From: Spirochaetia bacterium
Lineage (GTDB): Bacteria; Spirochaetota; Spirochaetia; WTKD01; G963693115
DNA: 64,000 nt
Assembly (NCBI GenBank): GCA_965196605.1
Contig: CBDAKK010000003.1
Coordinates: forward strand, 16,821 to 80,820
Direction of reading: 5' to 3'
In this document: positions 17,911 to 27,758 of the stretch, piece by piece
How the letters are laid out: the number at the start of each line of letters is the position of its first letter
How positions within the stretch are numbered: position 1 is the first letter of the stretch
Notes under the pieces: generated by a model
Told to the model about the DNA's origin: nothing
What the model saw: only the letters and a program-made list of their open reading frames with translations
The model's database searches: none
Program-made: the position numbers and the translations under genes

Positions 17911-19138
17911 CGGATGGGTGCACCGCATACGAGAGTTAGGGGGCATTGCCTTTGTGTTAATACGCGACAGAAGTGGCATTGCACAAGTGGTGTGCGAAAC
18001 GACTTCAGAAGCCTACAAAACGCTGAGCCTTGAATGCGTGGTTTCACTTGCTGGTACGGTGTGCAAAAACGACAAAGCACCCTATGGCGCAGAAATGCAT
18101 GAACCCGAAATTACCGTGCTCTCCAAGCCGCAAGGCGACCTTCCGCTTGCTGTACACGCACCCATAGACAAAGTGAGCATAGACGTACTCTTGAATCACC
18201 GCATTGCCTCTCTGCGTATACCAAAAGTACGCGCAATTTTTGAAGTGCAATCCGCAATACTCCAATGCTTTGCCGCGTACATGCGCGAGAAGGACTTTAC
18301 AGAAACAAAAACCAGCAAGCTCATTGGCAGTGGCACCGAAGGCGGGACGGGGCTTTTTGAAGTTCAGTATTTTGACGGCTCGGTTTTTTTGGCGCAGTCT
18401 CCGCAGTTTTACAAGCAAGCAGGCATTGCAAGCGGACTAGAGCGCGTCTTTGAAATTGGGCACGTCTACCGCGCTGAAAAACATGAGACCAACAGGCACA
18501 TCAACGAATACGTTTCACTTGATGTAGAAATGGCCTTTGTCTATGAGGTAGAGGAACTTATAGAGCTGCAGCGTGGGTTTTTACAGCGTTTAAGCGAATT
18601 GCTGCTCTCAAACTACAGCGCGCAGCTGAGCATGTGGGACGCAGATGTGCCACAGCCCGAAGCGCTTACAAAAATTCCATTGCTCAGCTATGATGAAGGA
18701 AAACAAATAGCCGCTCAAAACAGCGGAGAGCGCATTTTGGACATAGACCCCAAGGCAGAGCGCGTGCTTTGCGAATGGGCGGAAAAACAATACGGCGTGA
18801 ACGCGGCATTTGTTGCGGGGTTTCCGCGCCGCAAGCGCCCCTTTTACACCATGCCCGACGGCCAAAAAACCAAGGGCTTTGACCTTTTGTTTGGAGGCGT
18901 GGAAATTTCCACGGGGGGCTTGCGCATTCACGACTACACCGAGCTGTGCGAAAGCGCCAAAAAATTTGGGCTTGCCACTCAAGGTTTAGAAGACTACTTG
19001 TCTATTTTTGCCTATGGCTGCCCGCCACACGGAGGCTGGGCTATAGGCTTAGAACGCCTCACGCAAAAAATACTCGGCCTTTCAAGCGTCAAACTCGCCG
19101 CCATGTTTCCACGCGACAGAAACAGAGTTCGCCCATAA
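17849..19138 (+). CDS. class IIb aminoacyl-tRNA ligase, archaeal/eukaryotic-type aspartate--tRNA ligase (could be Asn-specific)
   Basis: About 430 aa. N-terminal OB fold ([26 protein letters not shown]), class II motifs [27 protein letters not shown]. Start chosen at MQERIL (17849) rather than the track start 17816. Confidence 0.65.
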   Translation: [429 protein letters not shown]

Positions 19139-19990
19139 GTGCTTTGTGGGGGGAGTGTCCCCCCACGCCCCCCCCGTGGGTAAGACGCGATACTGCGCTT
19201 ACGCGCGGGTATTTGTGCCATGATTCACACGGTGTTATATGAATTCTTTCTGTTGCCAAGCAGCAGTTTTAAATACGCTATCTATTCGGATGGCCGTTCT
19301 TTTTCTTTTCTTTTTTACCATCCATAGCGCTCGCTTGTGCCATCCATGGCACAAGCGAGCGCTATGCGCGAGTAGGCTGCACGCCGTGTGTGGTATGGCT
19401 CACGCGGTATTGTATGAACTTTTTCTGCGGTCAAGCAGCCGCACCTGCTATGACATACGCTCGGATGACTGTACTTTCTTTCTTTTCTTTTTGTGCGACG
19501 CAAAAAGAAAAGAAAGAAGAATACCAAAGAAAGAAAAGAAAAAGCCGCTGTGGGGGCAAGCCCCCACACCCCCGCGTATTAAGCAAACGCTTCTTGTATC
19601 ATCCCTGTCAGCCTATGCGTGCCGTCCATGGCACGGCTGTGATGACGCTCACGAGCGTAGCGAGGGGATGCAAACTATTGCATAAGTGCTTTGTGGGGGG
19701 AATGTCCCCCCACGCCCCCCGTGAGTAAGACGCGGTACTGCGCTTACGCGCGGGTATTTGTGCCATGATTCACACGGTGTTATATGAATTCTTTCTGTTG
19801 CCAAGCAGCAGTTTTAAATACGCTATCCATTCGGATGGCCGTACTTTCTTTCTTTTCTTTAACATCCCTGTCAGCCTTAATGCCCCGTCCATGGGGCGGC
19901 TGTGAGGACGCAAAATGTGTAATCCTACGCAAAAGCATGTGGTAGTTTACACGCGGTTAAGCAAGCATGAAGCTTGTAACAAATAAATCT
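19139..19990. repeat. composite GC-rich intergenic repeat element, family copy 1; contains two copies of a roughly 160-bp module plus several palindromes
   Basis: Module gtgctttgtggggggagtgtccccccacgcc...ttcggatggccgt occurs at 19139-19300 and 19684-19845. Hairpin GTGGGGGGA-GTG-TCCCCCCAC at 19146-19166. Palindromes centred on CCATGG. (CTTT)n/(AAAG)n palindrome. Related sequences are at 25080-25500 and 32090-33260. Confidence 0.8.
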
Positions 19991-19993
19991 ACA

Positions 19994-20941
19994 CTAGGCA
20001 AACGCCGCCACAGCGGTGTTCCAACTACGCAGCTCGCGTTTGGTGAAAAAGGGGGGCAGCGTCATGAGGCGGCGCGGCCTTGCGGGCACAAAGAAGCCGT
20101 TGCTCCACAGCACCTCGAGCATGCGTGAGTAGTCCTCCTCGCTTTGAGGCGGCAGCATCACGTATGCGCCGCGTTGCTCCCAGCCGCGGGGTAGTTCTAA
20201 CTGCGTAGCGCGCGCCCTTATTCCCTTAAGTTCGCTTTGCGCATTTGTTATGGCGTAAATATTGGTTTTGTTTTTGTGCTCTTGAGGAAAGGGTCTGCTA
20301 GCGTATGAGGGCATGTCATCAAGCTGCGCGGTGTCTTGCGCGCTTGTAAGCAAAGTGCCGAGGCTGAGGCAAAGCGCCGCGCAGAGCACGGGAGAAACAC
20401 TTGTGAGCATAAGCAATGTCTTCATGCAACTCAGTTCATCTTCTACCCATAATGCAGGCGTAAAACCAGTAGGCTGCTCTTGCCCTAAAGGAGCTAGGAG
20501 TGCATATAAAGGCGGGTCCCACGCAAGAGGTAGGGGAACACACAAAGTTTTTTTTGAGCGCAAACACTCGTCGCTCCAGCTGCCTGCAAAGGCACGCCAC
20601 ATGCTGCCCCGTGCATTGCTTTGCGTCAGGCTTGCATCTTCCGCCTCCATGCGCGTGTACAAACCCGCGTATGTATAATGAGGGAAAACCAGAGAAAGGC
20701 TTTTTGCAAAGCGACTCTGCCACATGCTCGGTATGTCGTGCAGTATGCCCTTATCTAGATTTTGCTTAATGCGCGCGCCTATACCCGAGGCCTTGTAGCC
20801 CAAGACAGCCCTGCCCTCTGCCATGTCGAGGTCTATAAAGCGCGTTCCATCGTGGGTGTACAAATAAAAATCGCGCGCGCGCTTGAACACCGCCTCATGC
20901 AGCGGGTGTCGCACCTCGCGTTCTAAAAATTGCCCATTCAT
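19994..20941 (-). CDS. hypothetical protein
   Basis: 315 aa ORF with GC content consistent with the backbone. No recognisable motifs. Confidence 0.4.
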   Translation of the reverse strand: MNGQFLEREVRHPLHEAVFKRARDFYLYTHDGTRFIDLDMAEGRAVLGYKASGIGARIKQNLDKGILHDIPSMWQSRFAKSLSLVFPHYTYAGLYTRMEAEDASLTQSNARGSMWRAFAGSWSDECLRSKKTLCVPLPLAWDPPLYALLAPLGQEQPTGFTPALWVEDELSCMKTLLMLTSVSPVLCAALCLSLGTLLTSAQDTAQLDDMPSYASRPFPQEHKNKTNIYAITNAQSELKGIRARATQLELPRGWEQRGAYVMLPPQSEEDYSRMLEVLWSNGFFVPARPRRLMTLPPFFTKRELRSWNTAVAAFA

Positions 20942-23088
20942 TGCTTTGCGTCTGCGCGGCGTAGGTAAGAATCAAATTTGGGCATAAAATCTTTTTCGTC
21001 CTCATTGTCAAACTCAACGCGAACGACCGCATGTGAACCCTGTACCTTAACGGCGCGCACAAAGCCGTAGCCGTAGTCCTTGTGGTGCACGCGCTCGCCC
21101 TCTTGCCACGTCTCCTCTTGTGTACGTGGCGTTTTGTAAGACCTCGTTGCTGCGGCATGCTGTCGGTAAGAACCCCCGTGAGGCTTCTTTGCAATAGCCT
21201 CCACCCTGTGTATGTTGATTAAATTCTCACAGCCCGCCAAAAATAATGAGGGGAAGGATTCGCGCATTTTTCCATATTTCAACCTCATGGTACACGTAGT
21301 CAAATACAACGCTTCTTTTGCCCGCGTTATGCCAACGTAAAACAAGCGCCGTTCTTCCTCTAAGGCCTCTTGCAATTTTTCACTTCCATCGCGCATCTCA
21401 TATGAGCTTATCATGGGTATGCTTTCCTCTTCCACCGCGCAAATAATCACGGTGTCAAATTCCAGCCCCTTGGAGCGGTGCAGGGTCATAAGCTGCACCC
21501 TTACGCTTTCTTCATGCGGCGCGTTTTCCGCAAGCGAGACTTGCTCCAAAAAATTAACCCAGCCTTCAGGCGTGTTGTCAAACTGATGCGCGTAATTTAT
21601 AAATTCTTCTATATTGCTGAGTCGCTCTATATTTTTTTCGCGTTCTTCTTTCGCGTACCACGCTTTAAGTCCGCTTTTTTCTACAAGAAACGCGCACATG
21701 CCTCCTATGCTGCTGTGCCCCGCTAATGCCTCTTGGTCAAAAAGCTCCTCAAGTGCTTGACAGCCCCTTTTTGCGTTTGATGAAATATCGCACCCCTTGT
21801 AGGCTTCCATCCACGTTACACCCTTTCGCATTTCAGCAGCAATGTCGCTTAAGCTTTTCTCCCCTATGCCGCGCGCAGGCTTGTTTGCAATGCGCAAAAA
21901 ACTTATCAAGTCCTTGGGGTTAGTCACAAGGCGCGCAAAGGCTATGCTGTCTTTTACTTCTGCGCGCATAAAAAAGCTTGTTGCTCCCACCAGCGTGTAG
22001 GCTATGCGCGCAGAGCGGAGCGCGGTTTCGTAGAGGCGCGACTGCGCGTTGGTTCTAAAAAAAAGCGCGCAGGTTTTTTCTTCTTGCAGAGTTTCTCGCA
22101 CAACCTTTATTATGAAATCGCACTCTGCATATTCAGAGCCTAATTTTACAAGCGTGGGTTTTTGTTTGTCGCGCAGCGTGCTAAAAATGTGCTTGCCGTG
22201 CCGCGCGCTGTTGGGTGCAATGACGGCGTTTGCAAGTTCCAAAATTGAAGGAGTAGAACGGTAATTTTGCTCCAGCTTTATCACCTGTGCATTGGGAATG
22301 TGCTCGTGAAACGTCAAAATGTTTTCCACCATAGCTCCGCGAAACTTATAAATGGATTGGTCATCGTCGCCTACTACACAAATGTTTTGCGTATGCTCAC
22401 ATAATTCCTTGAGCAGTAAAAACTGTATGCGGTTTGTGTCTTGGTACTCGTCTATGAGAAACCACTGCCACCAACGTTGCACCGCGGCTTTGACGTGCTC
22501 ATGTTCTTGTAAAAGCCTGTGTGGCTTTATGAGCAAGTCTCCAAAATCGACATTACCCGTGTTGTTTTTCACCTGTTCATATTCTCGGTAGAGATCGGGG
22601 TCAACCATAAATTCTTTCAGGGCTTCGTCGCTTGCATCTGCCCACAGCCCAAAGTCCTTTGCGCGTGATATTCCCGAGAGCATGCCGCGCAGCGTTGCGC
22701 TATCCGTACATCCAGTAATTTGTTTCAATAAGGAAATTGAATCGTCTGCGTCATATATTTGAAAGTCGGAGGCAACGCGCGCATCACTTGAAAACCTGCG
22801 CAACATGTACGCACCAAATGAGTGAAAGGTGCTTATGTAAGGCCTTCGTTCTACAAGCCCCACTGCGTTTTCTACGCGCATGAGCATTTCACGCGCCGCC
22901 TGGTTTGTAAACGTCATTGCCAATATTGACGAGGGGCGCGTGCCACGCTCATGAATAAGCCATGCTATTTTTGTGCTAATGACCGTGGTTTTGCCTGAGC
23001 CGGGGCCTGCCAAAATAATCAAGGGCGAATCTACATGCGTGACCGCTTGTGCCTGTACGGCGTTGAGGGATGAGAGCATGTCTGCCAT
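20938..23088 (-). CDS. UvrD/PcrA/Rep-family ATP-dependent DNA helicase
   Basis: Walker A AGPGSGKTTV, UvrD-like helicase motifs, C-terminal Tudor-like tail. Confidence 0.8.
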   Translation of the reverse strand: MADMLSSLNAVQAQAVTHVDSPLIILAGPGSGKTTVISTKIAWLIHERGTRPSSILAMTFTNQAAREMLMRVENAVGLVERRPYISTFHSFGAYMLRRFSSDARVASDFQIYDADDSISLLKQITGCTDSATLRGMLSGISRAKDFGLWADASDEALKEFMVDPDLYREYEQVKNNTGNVDFGDLLIKPHRLLQEHEHVKAAVQRWWQWFLIDEYQDTNRIQFLLLKELCEHTQNICVVGDDDQSIYKFRGAMVENILTFHEHIPNAQVIKLEQNYRSTPSILELANAVIAPNSARHGKHIFSTLRDKQKPTLVKLGSEYAECDFIIKVVRETLQEEKTCALFFRTNAQSRLYETALRSARIAYTLVGATSFFMRAEVKDSIAFARLVTNPKDLISFLRIANKPARGIGEKSLSDIAAEMRKGVTWMEAYKGCDISSNAKRGCQALEELFDQEALAGHSSIGGMCAFLVEKSGLKAWYAKEEREKNIERLSNIEEFINYAHQFDNTPEGWVNFLEQVSLAENAPHEESVRVQLMTLHRSKGLEFDTVIICAVEEESIPMISSYEMRDGSEKLQEALEEERRLFYVGITRAKEALYLTTCTMRLKYGKMRESFPSLFLAGCENLINIHRVEAIAKKPHGGSYRQHAAATRSYKTPRTQEETWQEGERVHHKDYGYGFVRAVKVQGSHAVVRVEFDNEDEKDFMPKFDSYLRRADAKQ

Positions 23089-23097
23089 ATAATACCC

Positions 23098-24195
23098 TTA
23101 GGGGAGTGGAACTATGAGCAGCCTATTTTCAGTTGGGCGCACTGCCCGCCAACCTATGCGAAACACCATGGGGAGGCTTTTCTGAGGCACGGGAATTGCC
23201 ACTTCGTTTATTTGCAGTGTAATCGCGGCAGCATTTGACACGGAGAGGTCTATGTACTGCGTTTCTGGCACAGTTTTGAGAATGGGCGTATTTATAAAAC
23301 CTTGAAGCAACTCTTCAGAGTTTTCATATTGATAGTAAACCGCATCCGCAATTTTGGTGCCTAAGCGTAGTTGTATAGGCCGCATAACGGGTGATGAGAG
23401 CACTTGAAACACTTCTCCGTCCGCGTCTTCCAACACTTCTTCTACGGCATTATTGAGCTCTGCTATGGCTACGTTTTCTTGGGTTTGCGGCACCCGTGGG
23501 TTGCTTGTACGCGGGTCAAAGCGCAAAAGCAAACTGCGCCGCGCAAGGTTAATTTCACGGAGTATCACAATGTACTCCACATTTTCAGAAAGCAAAATGG
23601 GCGTAGGGGTATTTTCCTCAAGTGTGTATTTTGTTTCTCCAATGCTAATAATGGGTGGAGATATCGATGTTACAACTGCGGTAGCTTCCGACTCACCCTT
23701 AACAAGCAGTATGGTTTCCTTAAGATCAAAAGTGTTTTCGTAAATGCTTGTAACCGTGGTTATGTCCACGCTTTCTTCGCCTTGCTGCTTTGCCCTTTCT
23801 GCAATAAAGGAACGCACCTTAGGATAGGTCCACCAGAGCCCTACGCCACATAAGACGACAAGCACTGACACTATAAACAAGACGGGTGAACGTTTGCGCT
23901 TTTGTTTGGCATTTTGTTTTTTTTTCGATATATTGATAACGTCAAACTGTATGGGCGTTTCCGATACCGCGGTAGATTTAAACAAGGCTAAGGCCTTCTC
24001 TTCATCTCCTCCAAGGTATTTAGCGTACAACTTAATAAAGCCCACAAGATGCATTTCAGAAGCCATTTTTTCCTTGTTCATGTTTTCAAGCGCTTCAATG
24101 ACATCTGTTACAATTTTTGTATCTTCGGAAACCTGCTCAATACTAAGCCCGCGTGCTTCTCTGAGTTCCTTTAAATATTCTCCATATTGTTTCAT
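23098..24195 (-). CDS. RodZ-like membrane protein with an N-terminal XRE-type HTH
   Basis: MKQYGEYLKELREARGLSIEQVSEDT (HTH), single TM segment, extracellular C-terminal domain. Start moved to the ATG at 24195 to avoid overlap with the upstream gene. Confidence 0.5.
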   Translation of the reverse strand: MKQYGEYLKELREARGLSIEQVSEDTKIVTDVIEALENMNKEKMASEMHLVGFIKLYAKYLGGDEEKALALFKSTAVSETPIQFDVINISKKKQNAKQKRKRSPVLFIVSVLVVLCGVGLWWTYPKVRSFIAERAKQQGEESVDITTVTSIYENTFDLKETILLVKGESEATAVVTSISPPIISIGETKYTLEENTPTPILLSENVEYIVILREINLARRSLLLRFDPRTSNPRVPQTQENVAIAELNNAVEEVLEDADGEVFQVLSSPVMRPIQLRLGTKIADAVYYQYENSEELLQGFINTPILKTVPETQYIDLSVSNAAAITLQINEVAIPVPQKSLPMVFRIGWRAVRPTENRLLIVPLP

Positions 24196-24211
24196 ATTGT
24201 GCAGCCAATCC

Positions 24212-24985
24212 TTAAAATAAAAAGTCTTCCATAACATTTGCCGTTGGCGGCGGGTCGTAGTTAAAACGCACGTCGGGAATTCCCGTGTTGACTTGTATGT
24301 TTGAAAAATCAAATTGTACGGTTTCTCTATTATAAGTAAGAGCCTCAACTCTATAAATAAGAAAATCCCTTCCTATTGAAATAAGCAATTCACGAAAGTT
24401 TTGTGAGGGCGACTTCCATTTCATGCGTATTTTCATAACGTACTCGCGAGGCGTTCTATTTTCTAGTGGAACAAATGTAGGCTTATCGACATATGAAGCT
24501 ATATAACGCTTGAGTAATTGATCTAAGCCCGTGCGACTTGTAAAAGTGCCCGTGGATGTGTTTGCGTTTTTTGACTGTTTCAAGACTATGTTCTGCTGCG
24601 GAATGTAAATGAAAAAACTTTTCCCGTCGCTTACCATGACCTGATCTTTAGGGCTAGAAAAATTGATGCGAAGCTTATTAGGCACTTTAGAAAACAGGAG
24701 TCCTTGGTTCACTTTTCTATTTTGTGTTATGATAACATTTGCTTGAAAGTCCTCAAAGCTTGCGTATTTTTCAGCAACTTGTTGCATAAAGTCATCTGCC
24801 GTTTCTAATGATGCTTGTTGTGCTTGTAGCCCATGCTCCGCAGCAAAAAATAGCAAGAAAGCCAAAAAGTACCGCATATGCTTAGCACTACTACGGTGTT
24901 GCGTAGCTTGTATTGTTTTTTTTCTTTCCATGTGTAACGTTATTTCCTTACTGTATTGTCTACGTTGGAGTTGGGGCGTGCGCAC
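24212..24985 (-). CDS. LolA-like outer-membrane lipoprotein carrier family protein
   Basis: Signal peptide plus DGKSFFIYIPQQN, which resembles the LolA beta-barrel core. Confidence 0.4.
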   Translation of the reverse strand: MRTPQLQRRQYSKEITLHMERKKTIQATQHRSSAKHMRYFLAFLLFFAAEHGLQAQQASLETADDFMQQVAEKYASFEDFQANVIITQNRKVNQGLLFSKVPNKLRINFSSPKDQVMVSDGKSFFIYIPQQNIVLKQSKNANTSTGTFTSRTGLDQLLKRYIASYVDKPTFVPLENRTPREYVMKIRMKWKSPSQNFRELLISIGRDFLIYRVEALTYNRETVQFDFSNIQVNTGIPDVRFNYDPPPTANVMEDFLF

Positions 24986-25079
24986 AAAGGCGCAAATTCC
25001 ACAGTACTTTATACTTTATTTTTATTATGAAGTATTACACGCTTTTATAGCAATAAAAGGGCGTGGTTTCCACTTGCAA

Positions 25080-25500
25080 TAGTACAGGATTTATGTCTGC
25101 TGACGCAGTGTTGCTTTTGGGGGCAAACTCCCACGCCCGTCTTGGGTAAGACACGGTACTTGCGCATGAGCGCTTTGTGGGGGAGTGTCCCCACGCCCCC
25201 TTGTAATAAGACGCAGTACTGCGCTTGCGCGCGCGGGGGCTGTCCGCCACCCATGGCACGGCTGTAGGTGCAAGCACAAGTTGCTTTAGCTTGATTGCTC
25301 ACGCTTTTTGTACCATCCATGGCGCCCTATGCGTGTCATCCATGACACGGGCGTGCCACTGCGCGGGACGCACTATGCAAATATTTCGGACGGCTGTTCT
25401 TTTTTTCTTTTTTTACCATCCATGGCATGTGCGTGCGACGGAAAAAGTCGAGAGCACGAAGGCACGACAGCCGTGCAACGAGCAGTATACAATATAATTA
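25080..25500. repeat. composite GC-rich intergenic repeat element, family copy 2
   Basis: Shares tgctttgtgggggagtgtccccacgccccc, taagacgcagtactgcgcttgcgcgcg, accatccatggc, and a ttctttttttctttttttacc tract with copy 1. Confidence 0.75.
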
Positions 25501-25587
25501 TTGATATACAAAATGCAATTTTCTTTATATCAACATTAATGTTTGTTATTTTTTACATCTTGTTTTATGACATGAGAGGAGGGTCTT

Positions 25588-26433
25588 ATGGTGTCAATGG
25601 AATCAATTATTGACATGCATGTTCATTCCGCGCCGGATATTCGTCAAAGGGCGTATACAGATTTTCAGTTATTGGAGGCGGGTGTGAGCGTGGGAGCAAG
25701 GGCAATTGTCATTAAATCTCACCATGGGACGACCATGAATAGAGCATTTCTCGCGAATGAATATAACAAAAAAGTTCACCAAGACAGCAACGATTTTGTT
25801 ATGTATGGAAGCGTAACCTTGAATGATGCAATTGGTGGACTCAACTCCATTGCCGTAGAAACTGGATTGAAAATGGGCGCGAAAGTCATTTGGCTGCCGA
25901 CCACAGGGGCAGCAAATCATAAAAGGGCTTACAGAAAATCCGGCGGCATTGTGTGTGCAGAAAATAACAAAGCAGTGCCAGCGGTTCTTGAAATTTTGAA
26001 GATGATTAAAGACTACGATGTGGTTTTAGGTACAGGGCATGTTTCTGCGCAAGAAACATTTATTGTAGTCGAGGAAGCGAAAAAAATGGGAATTGACAAA
26101 ATTGTTGTGACGCACCCCGAGTTTTGGGTTACGCCAATGTCCTATGAAGACCAAATCAAAATTGTAAAGGACTACGACGTCTACCTTGAGCGATGTTATG
26201 CTCAACCCATGGGTGGGGGAATGTACAAAAGCAACCTTGAAGATAATTATGAAATATTCAAAAAAGTCGGTGCAAACAATTATCTATTATCTACCGATGG
26301 TGGACAAGTCGAGAATCCACATTGGGAATTGGCATATGCTGAGTATATGCAATATTTCTTGGACAAGGGCGTGAGCGAAAAAGACTTGCATATAATTACA
26401 AAAGAAAATGCAAGAAAACTATTGTCCATATAA
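25588..26433 (+). CDS. metal-dependent hydrolase of the amidohydrolase/TIM-barrel superfamily, function unknown
   Basis: GGAGG ribosome-binding site. N-terminal metal-binding motif DMHVHSAPD. Confidence 0.4.
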   Translation: MVSMESIIDMHVHSAPDIRQRAYTDFQLLEAGVSVGARAIVIKSHHGTTMNRAFLANEYNKKVHQDSNDFVMYGSVTLNDAIGGLNSIAVETGLKMGAKVIWLPTTGAANHKRAYRKSGGIVCAENNKAVPAVLEILKMIKDYDVVLGTGHVSAQETFIVVEEAKKMGIDKIVVTHPEFWVTPMSYEDQIKIVKDYDVYLERCYAQPMGGGMYKSNLEDNYEIFKKVGANNYLLSTDGGQVENPHWELAYAEYMQYFLDKGVSEKDLHIITKENARKLLSI

Positions 26434-26449
26434 ATAACAGGATTCAATC

Positions 26450-27739
26450 ATGCTAAGTGTAATCGTTATCCTTGCAATTGTAGTATCTATTGGCTTGGGC
26501 TATAAAACAAAAATAAACACCGGCTTATTTGCCATTGTGTTTGCGTACCTTATTGGTTCTTTTATTTTACAATTATCTCCAAATCAAATAATCAAAATGT
26601 GGCCCCTAAAAATCTTTTTTATTATTCTTTCCGTTTGCGTGTTTTATAATTTTGCCACCACAAATGGAACATTGGAAAAATTATCTCAGCATCTGTTATA
26701 CCGCACCAGAAAAATTCCCCTCTTATTACCCTTTGCTATTTTTTTTACCGCAACATTAATTGCAGGATTAGGGGCGGGCTATTTTACCGTGCTGGCATTT
26801 TTTGCGCCCATCACATTGATTGTGTGTGAAAAAGCAGGGCTGCATAAATTAATTGGCGCGCTCGCAGCGAATTACGGCGCACTGGCCGGCGCCAACTTTA
26901 TGACAAGCGGCAGTGGAATTATATTCAAAGGGCTGATAGAAAATAGCGGATACACTACTGAGAGCTATCAATACACTTCGACAATATTTGTAACAACACT
27001 CATTCTGCCAATAATAGTGCTTGCTATTCTTATCGTATTGAATAAAAAAATTAATCATGTTCCCGCAGTGTTGCATATATCCCCGCCAGAAAAATTTGAT
27101 AAGAAGCAAAAAACCACCGTAACGCTCATGATTGTCATGGTGCTGCTTGTGCTCTTATTCCCCGTTTTACATTCTATTTTCCCCAATAATGCGGGTATCA
27201 AGTTTATGAATTCTAAAATCAACATTGCATTTGTTGCGATGATTTTTTCATTGATTGCCTTATTTTTGCGACTGGGAAACGAGAAAGAGGTTATTGCAAA
27301 AGTCCCTTGGCAAACATTAATCATGATTTGTGGTGTGGGCATGCTGATTGCTGTGGCAATAAAAGCGGGCACGGTTGATTTATTGTCCCATTGGGTTGGC
27401 ACGACAATTCCTCCTCAATTGGTGCCAATAACCTTATCGCTAGTTGGCGGCTTCATGTCATTTTTTAGCAGCACGTTAGGAGTTGTGACGCCAACCTTGT
27501 TTCCCATTGTTCCTGTTATTGCCCAAGGTACAAGCTTGAACCCAGCAGTGTTATTTTCTGCTATTATTTTGGGCGCGCAGGCAAGTTCTATTTCTCCGTT
27601 TTCTTCCGGGGGGAGTTTGATACTAGGCGCTACAAAAGAAGAGGAAAAAAACAAATTTTACAACCAGTTGATTATAGCAGCCCCGGTAAGTTTGGTTGCT
27701 GCAATAATTTTTAGTTTTATTCTGAGCTATATTGTTTAA
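26450..27739 (+). CDS. polytopic membrane transporter (GntP/DcuC-like ion-transporter superfamily)
   Basis: 429 aa with about 12 predicted TM segments. Sits next to the sugar-acid genes. Confidence 0.4.
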   Translation: MLSVIVILAIVVSIGLGYKTKINTGLFAIVFAYLIGSFILQLSPNQIIKMWPLKIFFIILSVCVFYNFATTNGTLEKLSQHLLYRTRKIPLLLPFAIFFTATLIAGLGAGYFTVLAFFAPITLIVCEKAGLHKLIGALAANYGALAGANFMTSGSGIIFKGLIENSGYTTESYQYTSTIFVTTLILPIIVLAILIVLNKKINHVPAVLHISPPEKFDKKQKTTVTLMIVMVLLVLLFPVLHSIFPNNAGIKFMNSKINIAFVAMIFSLIALFLRLGNEKEVIAKVPWQTLIMICGVGMLIAVAIKAGTVDLLSHWVGTTIPPQLVPITLSLVGGFMSFFSSTLGVVTPTLFPIVPVIAQGTSLNPAVLFSAIILGAQASSISPFSSGGSLILGATKEEEKNKFYNQLIIAAPVSLVAAIIFSFILSYIV

Positions 27740-27758
27740 AAACCCGTATAAATTCTTA

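Noticed and set aside
19239-19685. Cys/Lys-rich ORFs inside the dispersed repeats (19239..19685, 19315..19569, 32435..32770, 32860..33249)
   Set aside because: Similarity between copies is nucleotide-level only. Indels between copies shift the frame (KKKPLWGQAPTPPRIKQT versus KKKTRCGGTPLRPQVLSKR), so no conserved reading frame. Treated as non-coding repeat sequence.
23404-24220. Plus-strand ORFs inside the RodZ-like and LolA-like genes
   Set aside because: Antisense shadows without ribosome-binding sites.
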